A stretch of DNA of 62,309 nucleotides from Salpingoeca rosetta (GCA_033442325.1 JAWQFM010000024.1:504185-566493); one strand, 5' to 3'; numbered from the stretch's first letter, positions 1-14,522 are shown. A program made the numbers and translations. The notes: a model not told the origin generated them from the letters alone.

Positions 1-138
1 CTTTCGGTTGGGGTGGCGCAAGACTCCTGGAATCGTTGCCTGCAAAGCCACGCCAAACCACAGCAACAGTGAAGAAAGAATATGGCATGGTTTAAAGCGC
101 AATGGCGTGGACATATGCACGGACATGCGCGTGCACAC

Positions 139-179
<41 letters not shown>

Positions 180-487
180 GTACACACACACACAAAGTAC
201 ACTTGCTCACACAAAGTACACTTGCTCACTCACAAACACAAACACAAACACAAACATACACACCTGGTGCGGAGCTCTTTGTGTTTCCTTATGGAGATGC
301 GGATGTAGATAAACTGCACGACGACGATGATGAAGAGGAAGCCGGCGAGGCAAGCGCTGACAATAAAGGCAAACTGCCAGTCCACTTCAGACCCCTGGGT
401 CTCGATGACGGTCTGTGCAGAGACGCTGCTTGCAAGCAACGCCAGTGCAACAAGCGCACGCCAGCCCAATCTGGAGAATCGAGGCAT
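1..487 (-). CDS. Small type I membrane protein (signal peptide, short ectodomain, TM helix); continues beyond window start
   Basis: ATG at 487. MPRFSRLGWRALVALALLASSVSA resembles a signal peptide, then a hydrophobic TM (FAFIVSACLAGFLFIIVVVQFIYI) and basic stop-transfer RISIRKHK. Exon 487-264, GT intron with (GT)n, tgcag acceptor, then in-frame exon 39-1. Confidence 0.65.
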
Positions 488-1768
488 CGCGGTGGGGCTG
501 GTGTGCTGGCGTGTGGCGGCCTTTTCACAAGAAAGTCAAGAAGTTGGCGACGAAAGAATAATGTCGATGCTGTTGCTGGTCACGCTGTCGGGAAGGAGGG
601 CGCGTTGCGAAAAGAAGAAGACGAGCAAGCTCAAGCAAGGCAAAGTTTGTGTATGTGTGTGTGTGTGTGCAACGAAATCCAAGTCAAGGACGGAAGTGGG
701 GTGGTGCCAAGGCAGCGATGATAATGATGACGCTTAGGATGATGGTGTTGGCCTTGGTCGGGCTTGCACGTTGAGCGGCAGAGCAAGAAAGCAGAACTGA
801 GGCAAGAAGAATCCCGGTGCGTGGTTGGAGGGTTGGTTGTTGTTGGGTGTGGATGGTGCTATGGTGGGGGCGGGGGATGTGCAGCTGGTTGTCAGCAGCG
901 GCAGAAGCTTGAGCAACAAGAGAGGAGTAAGGCGACAAGAATGACAGTCAAAACAGCGTAAGGAAGAGAGAGAGAAGAGAAGTGGGGGGGGAGGGAAAGC
1001 ATGCAAGCTGTGCCTGTCGTCGTGTGTCTTGGCGCTGTGGCAGCCCAAATTGACTCTCCCAACCAAAACAAAACAAGATGCATGCACAGCAAAACAAGGC
1101 TTTGGCAGCACGCAGCCCACCACCAGAGCAGAGAGCAAGAGGAATTGGGGCTTGTTTTGTGGTGGTGGCTGCTTCTTCGCTTGCTTTTCGCCTGCTGCTG
1201 GCTTGTTGTAAGGGAAAACTTGCGCGCACACGGAGAAGAAAGAAGAGGCACAGCAAAAGCGCCGATACGCCCTGACGAGCTCGGGCAAAGGTTTTGGTGT
1301 CGTTGTGCTTTTTGACCAAGCGAATTTTGCGAAGATACAAGCCAAATTTCCCGGCAACACTTCCATCGCGCCGGGCGATTCAAAAACCAGAACCGCGACA
1401 AAAAAGATTGGGGTCGGTTGTGAGGAGTGGGTGGGCGATCTGCTGGGATGAGCAGACACGAGTGGGTTGGGGCGTTGTTGTTGTTGTTTGTTTCCTTCTG
1501 CCTGGCTGGTGTGCTTCTGTGACAGGTGGGGTGGTTGTGCTTGGACCTGCTGTTGTGTGCATGCACAGATGCATGCCAACCAACCAACAACAGCAAAAGC
1601 CTGACCGGAGGAGGCGCCGCTTTGCCCCTCCCTTGTCGTGGCTGGTTTCTGTTTTGGCATGTCAGGTCATCATGTCAGGGCACGCATGCTTCCCGCGCTT
1701 CCACAACAAACACAGAGCACTGCGAAGAAACCAGTCGCTTTGTGCCTGTCGTCTCTCAATCGTCCAAG

Positions 1769-1938
1769 ATGTGGGAAGAGGTGCTGCAACATCACTCTGA
1801 ATCAACACCAGCTAACACTGTGAACACGGAAGAGAGACTGCACAGATTGGAAGAGCTGCGGAGGGCACATGTGCTGACGGAAGAGCAAGCACATGAGCAA
1901 ATGCACGCTCGCTCACTCGTATGGAGAAGGGAAATAAC
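1769..1938 (+). CDS. Possible exon of a small gene with a SHOCT-like motif (boundaries uncertain)
   Basis: EERLHRLEELRRAHVLTEEQ resembles the SHOCT pattern. It is followed by a gtgag donor and a GT-rich intron-like tract. I could not reconstruct a full gene. Confidence 0.25.
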
Positions 1939-2109
1939 GTGAGCGCGTGTGTGTATGTGCGCGCGCGCGCGTGTGTATGTGTGTGCATGCGTGTGTGCAT
2001 GTGTGTGCATGCGTGTGTCTAATTTCAATTATGTATGTTGTTCACCAGTTCACCTACGACATGTAGCATAACCGTGTCAGTGCTTGGTTGTGGAAGGCAG
2101 CGACAGTGC

Positions 2110-2152
2110 AAGGGAAGGGAAGGGAAGGGAAGGGAAGGGAAGGGAAGGGAAG
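2110..2152 (+). repeat. (GGGAA)n pentanucleotide repeat
   Basis: Directly visible tandem agggaagggaaggga... Confidence 0.9.
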
Positions 2153-2511
2153 GTAGTCATGGAAACGCACAGCCAAAGCAACAACAAAAGCGAACAATAA
2201 GCACAGCACACACGAGGTGCAGCTGAATAAACAGAACAAAGGTGCAACACGGCGGCTGGAACGACAGACCGCCAGCAATGTACACACAACAAGCAGAAGG
2301 CCAACTATGGACAGCAGCAAGCAAGCAACGAAGGAGCAACAAAGTGGTGGTGTCTCAAGCATGTACATGAGTCTACGAGTGCGTCAAGCCGACAAGCAAG
2401 ATGGGAGAAGCCAGGTAAACGACAGGCTAGCTAGTAGTGTTAATCAAGTACGGGAGAAGTGGGAAGGGGGTTTGCGACACACTGTGGGAGGAAATGAACA
2501 GTGATACCACA

Positions 2512-2754
2512 TCACGCTTTGCTGGAGCCCGTCAGCTCCTCGAGCAACTTGTCGCCCAAGGAAGTGCTGATCTTCGCCGCGAGAGCCTTGCGCCCCATCT
2601 CACCTGCATGCGTGTGCGCGTGAGTGTGCGAGTGTGAGAAGGAGCAGCAAGGGGGGGGGGGAAGGGGTTGTTGAAGTGAGGGGCTTGGCACATCAGAATC
2701 GCCGGTGTGGAAGAGACACACAATACACACAAACACACAAACACACACACACAC

Positions 2755-2785
<31 letters not shown>

Positions 2786-5392
2786 CAACACAAACAACGC
2801 AACCACACACAACACAACACAAACAACACAAAACACACACGAAACACGAGACAACACAAACAACGCAACCACACACAACACAAAACACGACCACAACCAC
2901 AACCACGACCACAACACAACACAACACTCACAAAAGCACATCCGCACACAGACAAGAGCATGCAGGAGCCTGTGCGCACCAGCCATGGCGTATGGGGTGA
3001 GGCCTTCGCGGTTCTTGATGGTCAGTGATGCGCCTGAGGAGAGAAGCAAATCAATCAACTCTTCATTCCTGCGTGGAGCAAGCACCGCCCCATGCAACGC
3101 CGTGTTGCCCTGAATAATGCAATGCAACACATGACGATTGCAGAGAGTGTTCGTGTGTGTTTGGCGTGTGTTTGATGTCAAGCAGGATCATACGCATACG
3201 TTCACACACGTGCGGATATGGGCGCAGACGCAGACGCAGACGCAGACGCAGGCATGTACACACCCGCACCCACACACACACACACGCACAGACACACACC
3301 TTGGTGCTCTGCGCGTTGACGTTGGCCTCAGCATCCAACAGCACCTTCGCGCTCTCCAAATGCCCATTGCGCACGGCCTCATACAACGGCGTGGTGTGCA
3401 TGAGCGACACCGCATTCACATCTGCGCCCTGATCCAGCAACTCAAGCACGGTGTCCTCTCGTCCTTCGCCGACGTTGCTCAGCTCCTGAAATAACGCTTT
3501 TGTTGGCGCACTGCGTGTAACACGAGCAAGACCACAACAGAAACAAACATCGACATCGTGAGCGGAGACGTGGACAGCTCGCTTTGCAGCGACAGCGATG
3601 AATAACCAAACACACGAAAAGAATCATCGCACACACACACACTCACATACGCACGCACGAACACAACGCAACGCCACATACACACACACACACACCACGC
3701 ACACGCACACGCACCACGCACACGCACCACGCACACGCACACACCACGCACACGCACACACACATACAACACACCCACCTCATGCCTTCCTTGCGAGGTC
3801 CAATCTTCTTGTCAATGCGGTCCTTGCGTCGTTTCGCCAACTCCTGCAGCCGCTCCCGCTTGTCAGCCTCCGTCTCCTCATCACGACCATCACGGCCATC
3901 ACGACCAACACCAGTGCCATCGCGGTGACGGCTGCGACGCGGGGATGATGGCGCGCTTGCAAACAGCGCGTCGATATCTGATTGATGGGTTGAGCGGTGC
4001 TTCCGCGACTGGCGTTGGCGCTGCACACGATCATCATCACGGTCGCGGTCGCTATCATCATCATCACCGCCACTGCCGTCACCGCGCCTTCGCGGCCGCT
4101 GCCGCCGTTGTGTTCGTTCAGATGCAGACGAGGACAAGGCCACCGTGTTGGGCCTGCTGCTGCGATTCTTGGAGGCGGTGGTGGACCGGCCCTTGGTTCC
4201 GGTCAGAGATGACAGCGATGAAGGCGACGCTGCACGTGGATCGCGCGGGTCCTTTCTGTTCGCCGGCCGCCTTGTTGACGACAACGAGGACGATGATCGC
4301 GCCCTGTCCTTGTGCCTGTCCTTCCCCTCTTTGTCCTTGTCCTGTTTGTCTTTGTTCTTCTTCGACGCCCGGAAGGAGACGCCGCGCCGCAACTCAATGT
4401 CGTCAAGTGCAGACCCAAAGATGTCTTCGTCCTCCTTGGACAGCTTCAGCACGGACCCTGGTCGCGCTGGCTTCAGCTCCCGCAGCTTTCGCTTCTTTTC
4501 CTCCTCCTCCTCCTCATCCTCGTTGTCGTGTCCATCGCTGCTGGCATCGGCAGAGTCACCGCCCTTCCCCCGTCGTCTACGACCATGTCCACCCTTCCGT
4601 CCGCGTCGCCCCTGCTTGCTGCGCACGCGACCACCACGACCACCACCATCGCTCACATTGTCACCCGTCAGCGAGCTCGCATCATCGTCATCATCATCAT
4701 GATCATGATCGTCATCATGATCGTCAGCACTGTCGCCTTCGTCAGTCGACTCCAAGAGTGCGGCATAATCGTCACCAGCTCCGCTCCGCTGCGTGTGTAG
4801 TGCGCGCGTGCCGGGCCGCTGTCCGCGTCGCCCGAGAAGCGCATGTGCTGCTGGCCTGTACTTGCGGAGTGTGACGGTGACAATCACGCTCTCGCCGTCA
4901 TCGTCAAGCGACGCCTTTGTCACATCGCACATGCGCGGCTCTCCCAGCGCAGCCTGAGAAGCAACGACGGGTGTGTGTGTGTGTGTGTGTAAGTGTGTGT
5001 GTAAGTGTGTAAATGTGTGTGTGTGCTTGCGAAAGTGCGGTGTGCGCATGTGTTGGTGGACGACACAGCTCAAGCCAGTCGTTTGTGCGATAACCACGCA
5101 AGTGACCAGCAAAGCCATGTTGCAAACCACCCATGTCACGCCCACGGTCACGAGATGTAGAGTCCACACCGCTCACCTGGAAAGACGGTTGGTCTCGGCA
5201 GTATGCCTTGAGGTGGTGTGCAAGGTGCTCAATCTGCATGCGCCAGAACCCTTTGCCAGGGCTCACATCCCGCACACGATTGCCTGCAGGCAATGACATC
5301 GCGTGTGCAACCATGTCACCGTGTCAGTTGAGATGCAATGACGCCCAGGCACTGTCAGACACGACCTTCTGAGCCGCAAACGAACACACACG

Positions 5393-5433
<41 letters not shown>

Positions 5434-7230
5434 GCACACAAGTGTCTCACCAGCGTCAGTGGTGCCTGAAGCCTTCTGCTGTTGCTGCTGCTGCTGTTGC
5501 TGCTGCTGCTGTTTACCGTTGTTTGCTGCTGCACCGCTGTCAAGGGTGGAACCAAAGTTGAGCACGGTCGTCTGAATGCCGACGCTCTTCTGGTTCCCGC
5601 CGCGGTGGTGTGCACGTGCGTCCTTGTCAATGTCCTTTGACAACAGCTCCTTCAAGTAGCGCTTGTACTGCGGCACGGCCAGGATCTCCGACAGTGTCAC
5701 CTCGGGATGCTTGTTCATCTTGACGCTGCGCACCATATCTGCCAGTGAGCGCTCCTCGTCGTCGTCAGCCAGGTCGCCAAACAACTGCGATGGCGATGTG
5801 CGCGACGGCTGCTGTTGTTGCTCATGATGCTGCTGCGTGTAACCAAACTCGTGCTGCTGCTGCTGCTGTTGTTGTTGTTGGTGCTGGTGTGGGTAGGGTG
5901 GGTATGCAGCAGCGGCTGCTGCAGGCTGGGCGGTGGCTGTCGGTGTTGGGCCACTGTACGGCACAGTGTACTGCTGCTGTTGCTGCTGTTGCTGCTGCGG
6001 TGGGTACATGGGCGGTTGCGGGGATTGCCGGTGCTGCACTGGTTGTACAGGTGTGGGTGCAGGTGGATACAACTGCTGCAAACGCTGGCTGTAGTCGTCA
6101 TCCCACTGCTGTTGTGGTTGCTGCTGGGACGCACCACCGAGTAGGAACTCTGCGCGCTCCAGCATGCGTCGCGCTGACACCAACGCTGCGCCGTCCTCCG
6201 CAGCCATTGTCGGCTGGTCAAACCCACTGCTGCTCACACCAACACGATGGCGTTGGGGCTGCTGTTGCTGGAAGGGCCCAGCGCTGTTGGGTCGGAATGG
6301 CGCTGCGCCGCCATATTCGCCGTCACGCCGCTGCGCATGGCGGGGATCAAGCATGGGCGATGTTGAGGCAGATGCCGCAGATGTGTGCGGGCGCCGTGCC
6401 GTGCGGTTCAGCTGCAGCGTATCGCGACCAAGCGCGCGCTGGGTTGCGTACATGCCGCCACGGCCTGCGCGGGGAGGACCAACATCGCTTGTTGGTGGAC
6501 GCGGCGACCGGCGCATTGTAGACCCGCCACGCGCTCGCTGCCGGGCCGTCTGGATCAGCTCCTCAATCTCCGCGTCTTCCTCCTCTTCCTCATTGTGCGA
6601 GTCAGATGCTTCGTCCGCTGAGCCACTGTGGCGCCTGCCACGACCACGGCCCTTGCTGCGGCTGCGGCTGCGGCTGCGTCCTGTGTTGCGGCTGTGCTGC
6701 CTGCGTGCTGCCGATGTCGGTTTGCGCAGGGTGGGTTGGAACATGGACCGGCTGCGCTGTGTTGCTGTTGCGCCACGCGGCTGGTGTTGCAGGTGCTCTC
6801 CGCCGGCTTCGTCGTCCGAGTCACTGAGGAAGTGCTCGACAGTGCCGTCTGCCTCAAAGTCTGGCGTGGCGGAGCGCAGGTCGTCGATGTCGTCGTCGTC
6901 GTCGTCGTCGTTGTCATTCGCGGCGTTGTTGTCATCCGCAACCTCAAAGTACTTTGTGGTGATGGCGCTCGGGGCTGCGCGGAGGTTCTTGCGGGACACG
7001 GCGACGGCCTTGATGACGCGCCGGCCGGCGGGGAGGCGAAACGACCGCGTGTACTTCAGCGTGGGCTCCAGGGAGCTCACGTTCTTGCCTGTGTGAGGCA
7101 CGGGCTTCTCGCCCGTGGTTGTGTAGTAGATGTCCACGCCAGGGTACTCGCAGCGAATGCGCACGCGCGTCTTTGGCCCAATCACTTCCCCTGTCGGCGT
7201 GATGACGGGTGCAGGTATCCCACCAGGCAT
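2512..7230 (-). CDS. DZANK1: DZANK1-like protein (N-terminal Fn3-associated/CHB_HEX_C domain, conserved middle block, ankyrin repeats)
   Basis: Six exons join in frame via GT-AG: 7230-5451, 5283-5177, 4953-3779, 3510-3300, 3109-2980, 2603-2512. Motifs match recalled DZANK1 blocks in the same order: DIYYTTTGEKP..KYTRSFRLPAGRRVIKAVAV, SVGIQT, SPGKGFWRMQIEHLAHHLKAY...LGEPRM, ELSNVGEGRED..LLDQGADVN, GNTALH..KNREGLTPY. Confidence 0.88.
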
Positions 7231-7256
7231 GCTTGTTGTCGAACTGCTGTGGGGAC

Positions 7257-7379
<123 letters not shown>

Positions 7380-7577
7380 ATGAACGGTGCTTGATGCGTC
7401 AGCGAGGTGTTTGGTCCAAATTTTGCGGTTGGCAAACGCTCGAGTTTATGAAAGACACCCACCAACATTCTACAAACAGCTGAGCGAGCGAGGTGCTGAC
7501 ATCTTGCTTGTTTCGTAGGACCGCACGCAGACACAGACAAGACAACACGCACAAGACAACACTCGCGGCCAGTGAAG

Positions 7578-8616
7578 ATGGACGAGAATGAGCTGGTTGG
7601 CCCCGTGTCTCGGTCGATGAGGCAGGGCAGGCAGCGGCATGGTGCGTCGTTGGCACTGTGGGCGATGCCGTGGTTTCATGGAGACATGGGCCAGAAGGAG
7701 GCAGGGGCCGTGCTCTTGGAGAACGGCGTAGATGACGGCCTGTTCCTGGTGCGTGTCCCGCCAACCAAGAGCGCCTTTGTCATCTCCGTCGCGCACCGTG
7801 GCCGCATCCAGGTTTGGTGTGTGTGTGTGTGTGTGTGTGCGTGTGTGTGCTTGGGAGTACGTGTGGTTGATTGGTCATCTGTCTTGCTCTTGGCTTAAAC
7901 GAACACTTGTGGGTGTTATTGTGGGCTGCAGCACTTTCTGGTCAACGGCACTGAGCAAGGCTTGAAGCTGCCAGAGAACCCAGGTGAGTGGTTTGGTGAT
8001 GTTGTTGTCAATTGCGCACGGATCTGAGACACGTGTGTGTTTTTATATGTGCGTGTCAAGGTCATGTGTGGCATGTGTGCATGTGTTTCACGTGTCAGAC
8101 ATGGCTTTTGCTGTGCGTGCACACGTTCACTTGGCTTGAACCTGATGCCATTGTCATGGGTCAGATATCACGTTCCCCAGCATCGTGGATGCAGTCAAGC
8201 ACTTCAAGACGGCCCAGCACGGGCGCCCTGGTCCGCTGGTGCTCCCATGTCCACGGCGGTCGCAGCAGCCGCAGTCGTCCTCATCAGCGCATGCCGCAAG
8301 TCAACCGTACACCGCTTCCAACTCAACATCGCCAGCAACGGCACCAGCAACGTCAGCCAAGCCTGCAGCTGCTCGCAAGCCTGCGCCTTCAAGTCGAAGC
8401 ACAGGCAACCAACAGGCAACCACCACGTCAATGGGCTTGACCGGCAGACAAAATCCGTTTGCCAGCGACCTGTTCCCCATTCCAGCGGTGCCGTCGTCCG
8501 CCTCCACCCAGCGCTCCAACCCCCATCGCCGATCAGCACCACACATTCCAAATCCGTTCGCCGACCACGCAGCGGTACAGCGGCAACAACAGCAACAACA
8601 ACAGCAACAGCAACAA

Positions 8617-8652
<36 letters not shown>

Positions 8653-9792
8653 TACAAGCATCCAAAGGCGCTGCGGCGGGCTGCATCTGTCTCTGCTGCG
8701 CAGCCATCATCGTCATCATCATCGCCAGCATCAGTAATGCGCAGACAGCACGGCAGCGCACGTATTGGTCAGCGGGGCAGTGCCCGCCGTTCCTCCTCCT
8801 CTTCACAACAGCACAGCACAAGGCAACATGCACAGGATCTTGGGCAACAGACTCGTGCAGGCACCAGACAACAGCAGCAACAGCAACAGCACCATGTGCG
8901 ACGGAGGGAAAGCGGAAGTGCGGGCCAGCGCCGCCTCTCGTCACCGCACCACCACCAGCACCAACACAGACGAAAGCAGAGCGATCGCCATGACGCAACA
9001 GCGGTGATGTCACCACCAACAGTAGCAAGATCGACAACATTGACGTCGACAACACCCACAGCATCAGGTGGCAGGGGAGCAGAAAGCGCTGCACTCATGC
9101 CAGCAGAACCGCCACACACGGACGCGTCCATTGTTCGCTCGTTCACCATCTCCGAGCCCTTGCCAGGCGACGGCGGTGGTGTTGGTGGAGGTGGTGGTGG
9201 TGGTGGTGATGCAGCGGTGCGACGAAAGGGGACACTGACTGGGCTGCAGTTTACCTCTGCCACAGAGATTGCGCAAGGGCGGCGTTTCAACCCCTCTGGA
9301 CGGGAGGTGCTCCTGTGCGAGGGATACTTGACGAAACTTCGTGGCACTTTGCAGAACAAGGCGCGCTGGTTTGTGCTCACCTCCCACCGCCTCGCCTTTT
9401 ACACCGCAAACGCTGGTGTGTGTGTGTGTGTGTGTGTGTGCGTGTGCGTGTATGTGTGTGTATGTGTGCGTGTCTGTGTCTGTTTGTGCGTGCGTGTGTG
9501 CCTGTGTCTGTTTGTGCGTGCGTGTGTGACTGTGTCTTTTTGTGTGTATGCTGTGCATGCGTGTGTGTTGTGTTTCGTGGGGTTGTTAGTTAGCCTGCTG
9601 GTCAAATTACTCATAGCCTCCTCCCGTATCCTCTCGTTCTGTTGCATGCATGTGCACGAATTGCTGCAGGCTCGTGGCTGAGCAGTGTGAACGTGGAGGA
9701 CATTACGCGTATCCAGGACGTCGGTGGACGCAAGTTCCGTGTCGTCACACGCGTGCAATTCGGTTGGGTACAACTCTTGATGTCCTGAATCG

Positions 9793-9856
<64 letters not shown>

Positions 9857-10324
9857 GTGTGTGCGCGCGCGCGCGTGTGTGTGTGTGATGAATGAACGCG
9901 GAACAGCTTTGCTCCCCACCCACCCACCGCTCATCCATCGTACATGCATGCACGCAATGTGTTACAACATTCTCAGGCGCACCACAGCAGTACGATGTGT
10001 TGTTGGAAGCATCATCCACCGCTGCAAAGCAGAAGGTCCAAGCGCGCGCGCTTGTGTGTGTGTCGGGGTTGAGCATATGTGTGATTTCCTTGCGTCCCCT
10101 TTAGGATCGATGAACGACTGTTCTTCATGGCAGTCATGACAAGCAAACATCTCATCATTGTGTGACATGATGTGACATTGCAACATGACACATGTTCATG
10201 TGTGTGCACATGCGTGTGCTCTTGTTTGCGTTTCCCTCATCTCGATTGCAGTGGCTGCGTGCAGTCGTGATGGATGCGAGTCAGATGTCGGGCTTCAACT
10301 CCGACAACGCAGAGCTCATTGTAC

Positions 10325-10356
<32 letters not shown>

Positions 10357-10371
10357 TTGTGTATGTGTGTA

Positions 10372-10420
<49 letters not shown>

Positions 10421-10564
10421 TTTGCTATCGTGTCACCAGAGAGATGAATCGGAGCGTGCATTCCTCACTGCTTCCCCCCGTTTGGTTTTATGTTTGACTG
10501 TTTCTTCAGATTGAGGGCGCGTTGACAAAAGTGCAGCCGTTTGGCAGTGCCAGCCGAACACGAT

Positions 10565-10602
<38 letters not shown>

Positions 10603-10958
10603 TGTGTTTGTCTGTGTTTGTCTGTGTGTGTGTGTGTGTGTTTGTCTGTGTGTGTGTTTGTCTGTGTAGATCTTGTTCAGCACCTCGCACCGCCATCGCC
10701 ACTGTCACATCATGCAAATCCCTCACCCCTCACCACCGCACAACCCACCACCTCCGACGCTCATGTGTGTCCGCGCCGTGGTCAGGTTCCGGTTGACGAC
10801 GAAGAAGTTTGCGTATTTCGAGAGCGAGGGCGGGGAGGAGCTGGGGGCGGCGCAACTCGACATTATCGTTGAGATTGTCATTCTCGCCAGCGACCGCGAG
10901 TTTGTGCTCTCAACACTGCAGCCGTTCACCAAATCGGGTGCATACGAGGTGGGCAGCG

Positions 10959-10992
<34 letters not shown>

Positions 10993-11338
10993 GTTGTTGT
11001 TGTTGTGGGTGGAGCTGCATGAGTGGTTGGTGGTGGCTTCCTGCGTCAGCTGCTGTTGTAACGTGCACACACACGCACACTCACTCCCTCACTCTCTCTC
11101 ACACACGCTCCCTCACACACACACTCCCTCACTCTCTCACTCTCTCACACACACACTCAATCCCTCCCTTACCCTCACACACTCACACACCCTAACTCTC
11201 TCTCTCTCTCATACACTCACCTCCGCCCCACGGCTGCAGGTGCGGTGCCGGTGCGAGTCTGCAGATGTGCGGGACAAGTGGATCACGGGCTTGAGGAAGG
11301 CCGCGCCAACAGCAAAGTTTGTCGAATGCAGGAAGTGA
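7578..11338 (+). CDS. SH2 + tandem PH-domain adaptor protein
   Basis: SH2: [41 protein letters not shown]-rich linker follows. PH1: [22 protein letters not shown]...KQKWLRAV. PH2: [23 protein letters not shown]...RDKWITGL. About 10 exons separated by GT-repeat introns; stop at 11338. Confidence 0.85.
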
Positions 11339-11373
11339 CATGACGCAGCGCAAGCAGACGCATGTGCGTTGTG

Positions 11374-11414
<41 letters not shown>

Positions 11415-11783
11415 GCGTTGTGTTGTGCTGTGCGCGGATGAGCAGAGAAAGTTGTAGTTGTTGTTGTCTGCGTGTTGTGTTGTCGTGTGGTGTTCCATTG
11501 CTGCTGGTGGCGATGGCCATGTATGTGTGTGTGTGTTTTGTTTTCCAGTACAGAAAGAGGCTTTGGCCTGTAAATTCCCCCGCGTTATGCCCGAAGGTGT
11601 TGGTTACAACGTCGCAATCTTATGTACTTCTGTTACGCTCCCTTAGAAGTAAACATGTACAATGCAACATGATGCACCAACTTAGTATGGGCGCGCATTT
11701 GAACATCGATCAATAGATACATACATCATAGCAACTGTGCACACGTGGTGCTCGACAGCGCCCACGGGCGCGAGCACAGGCAG

Positions 11784-13622
11784 CTATGATGGCTCCGTTG
11801 TCCTCTTGCTCCTCTTATGCGGCGGCAGTTGCTGCTGTTGGTGGTGTCGGTGCGTATGGGGCCTGCGTGCCGTGTCCGCTCTATTTATGCTGGCACGATC
11901 GCCATCGCCATCACCACCACCGCCACTACCATCACCATCCTCACCACTATGGTCCTTACCATCATCACCATTATGATCCTCACCACTGCCTCCATCACCA
12001 TCACAAGGCTGCCCCGTCGTGTACATCATGCACGTGAACTTGAACCAGCGCGGGAGATTGCACTTGAGTGCGGGCGCAAACGCCAGCTGATATGTGTACA
12101 GCTCGAGCGGGCCGCCTTCGGTCGGGTCAAAGCTGTCGCCATCATCAGCGACAGCTGCAGCAGTCGTCGCAGTTGTAGCAGCAGTAGCAGCAGGAGTTGG
12201 AGTTGGAGTTAGAGCAGCTGGAGTTCGAGTAGCCGTACTTGTAGTTCCACTACTAGTAGTACTACCAGTTGGAGTAGTCGCGGCAGAGCTACTGATGGGA
12301 TTATTGCGTCGCAGGTTGCCCGGTGCACGAGCACTGCTGTCAGACACGGCCACGTTACCCGTGGTGTCATTGCCGCTCGCATGATCATCACCGTCATCGC
12401 CATATCCAGGCACGCTACCACGAGCGGGCGTGGTGTTGGGGCGCACACGGATGTAGCGAAAGCCGTCGTTCTGGGACTCGAGGGTGAAAGTGAGTGGAAT
12501 CTGCAAGAGGATGGAGGGTGTGGAGATGAGGTGCAGGCTTGGGTTGCTGAAGAAAGGCAGCAGGTCTGCGCCGTCCCCGCGCACACAGCAGCCGCGCACG
12601 TCGAGCACGTGCAAGTCGGGGAGGTGCGATACAAGCGCGTGCACCGCCGCAATGGGCACGCGGTGGCAGTTGCGCAGCGAGAGGTACACGAGGTGCGTGC
12701 ACGTGGCGAGGTGGGCAACGCCAGCGCCCGTAATGTTGCTGCTGCCCTTCAGGTACAAGTGCTTGAGACGGTGACAGCACGCGCCGACGGCAGCCAGCAC
12801 AGCATCACGGATCCGCAGGTTGCCCATGTCCAGAAACTCGAGTGATCTCAGGCTGGACAGGGCAGTGGCGATGGTGGCGTCTGCGAAGTGCGACTGACCG
12901 CGAATGCTCAGCGCCACCAAATGCCTCAAGGCGCCAATATGCCGCATGCTGGCGCTCGTCAGCTCGCCGCAATTGGCAATGTTGAGCCGGCGGAGGCTGG
13001 GCAGCGTGCTGGCGAGCGACCCCATGAACGCATCGTTGGCGTTCCAGCAGCCCTCCATGTCCACCTGCTCGATGTACATGCGCCGTGCCCTGCATGCCAG
13101 GAACTTGATGAGTGCCGGGTTGCAGTCGATGGGCTCGCCATCGCCGTTCTCGTAGCCAAAGCTATTGAAGCGCCAGAGGATCGAGGAGTCCGAGCAGGTC
13201 TCGAGCACGCGCAAGCACGCAGCAGGTGCCGCCTCGGCTGCTTTCGTCGTTGTGGTGAACGCGGCATGGTACCAGGATCGGCACGTGCTCCCAGCGCAGG
13301 CAACATCACGTGGCGGCAGGAACTTGAACACACGGATCAACAGCTCCATGGGCATCGACGTCTGCCATTCTGAAGGCTTGGGCGAAGAAGGATCAGTGCC
13401 GTTCGCCACTGACGCGCGGAATCTGGAGGAGGAGGAGGAGGAGGAGGAGGAGACTGGTGTTGAGGCAGGGGCTGCTTCGCCTTTGCTGTCGCTGTCGTTG
13501 TCGCTGTCATTGCTGTTGCTGCCATCATCATCGCCATCACTTGGCTGCCCCTGTTGTTGATCAGCGTGTGTCCTCTCCGACTCCGGTTCAACTGCAAGGT
13601 CTACCGCGCAGCAAAGCCAGAG

Positions 13623-13656
<34 letters not shown>

Positions 13657-13673
13657 GTGTGTGTGTGTGTGTG

Positions 13674-13732
<59 letters not shown>

Positions 13733-13909
13733 CAATGAGACGTCGTTCGTTCGTTCATCGCACATCACCACAGGGCAAGCAAGCGAACGGGCAAGCGAGC
13801 AAGCAAGCAAGCGCAGCATTCCGCTCTCGCTGCCCACTTCATCACAATCACCGGTCTCGGGGTTGTCCCCGCGAAGTCGACGCAAGCGACGCAAGTGGCG
13901 GCTCGACAT
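11784..13909 (-). CDS. F-box/leucine-rich-repeat protein (FBXL-like)
   Basis: F-box MPMELLIRVFKFL..RDVACAGSTCRSWY, then cysteine-containing LRRs (LRRLNIANCGELT, LKHLYLKGSSNIT, LVYLSLRNCHRV). The main exon frame stays open to an acceptor near 13601. A first exon from ATG 13909 (MSSRHLRRL) is tentative. Confidence 0.85.
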
Positions 13910-13920
13910 CACCCCTGGTG

Positions 13921-13964
<44 letters not shown>

Positions 13965-14409
13965 TGCGGTTGTACGTCAACTCCTTCTTCTTCTTCTTCT
14001 TCTTCTTCCTTTTGCTTTGTGCGTGTGCTTTATTTCCGCTTGCTTCGCTTTTCTCTCTGTTCTTTGCTTGAAGGACATGACGCTGAGGAAGAGGACACTG
14101 GGGCAGACTCCCACGCTGCTGCCACTGAGACTGCTGGGTGTCTGCTGGGTGGCGCTGGCGCTTGTTGTTGTGGTGCAACAGCAGCAGCATGGCTGGTGCA
14201 ACAGCAGCAGCATGGCTGGTGCTGTGTAGGGGAGGTGGTGCTGGTGGAGGACGATGTTATCTTTCCCACGCTCATATCAACACGAACGATCAGCCGCCTC
14301 ATGCAGCCATCAAATCACGACCCTCTTGTTGCGTATTCCTCGGTTCATTCATGGACAACACGACACCAACACCAAGCAAAACAGCGGAAGCAGCAGGCGA
14401 TAACCGCCA

Positions 14410-14522
14410 TCACGCTTGCAGGAACCGCTTGAGCGCATTCACAACATGAGGAACCTGCAAGGACGCACATGTGTGTGTGTGTGTGAGCGCCATCATAACA
14501 GGAGTACACCACAAGTTCACAA

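Noticed and set aside
734-1660. 308-aa minus-strand ORF
   Set aside because: No domain signal; it more likely represents UTR, intron or promoter sequence upstream of the gene starting at 487.
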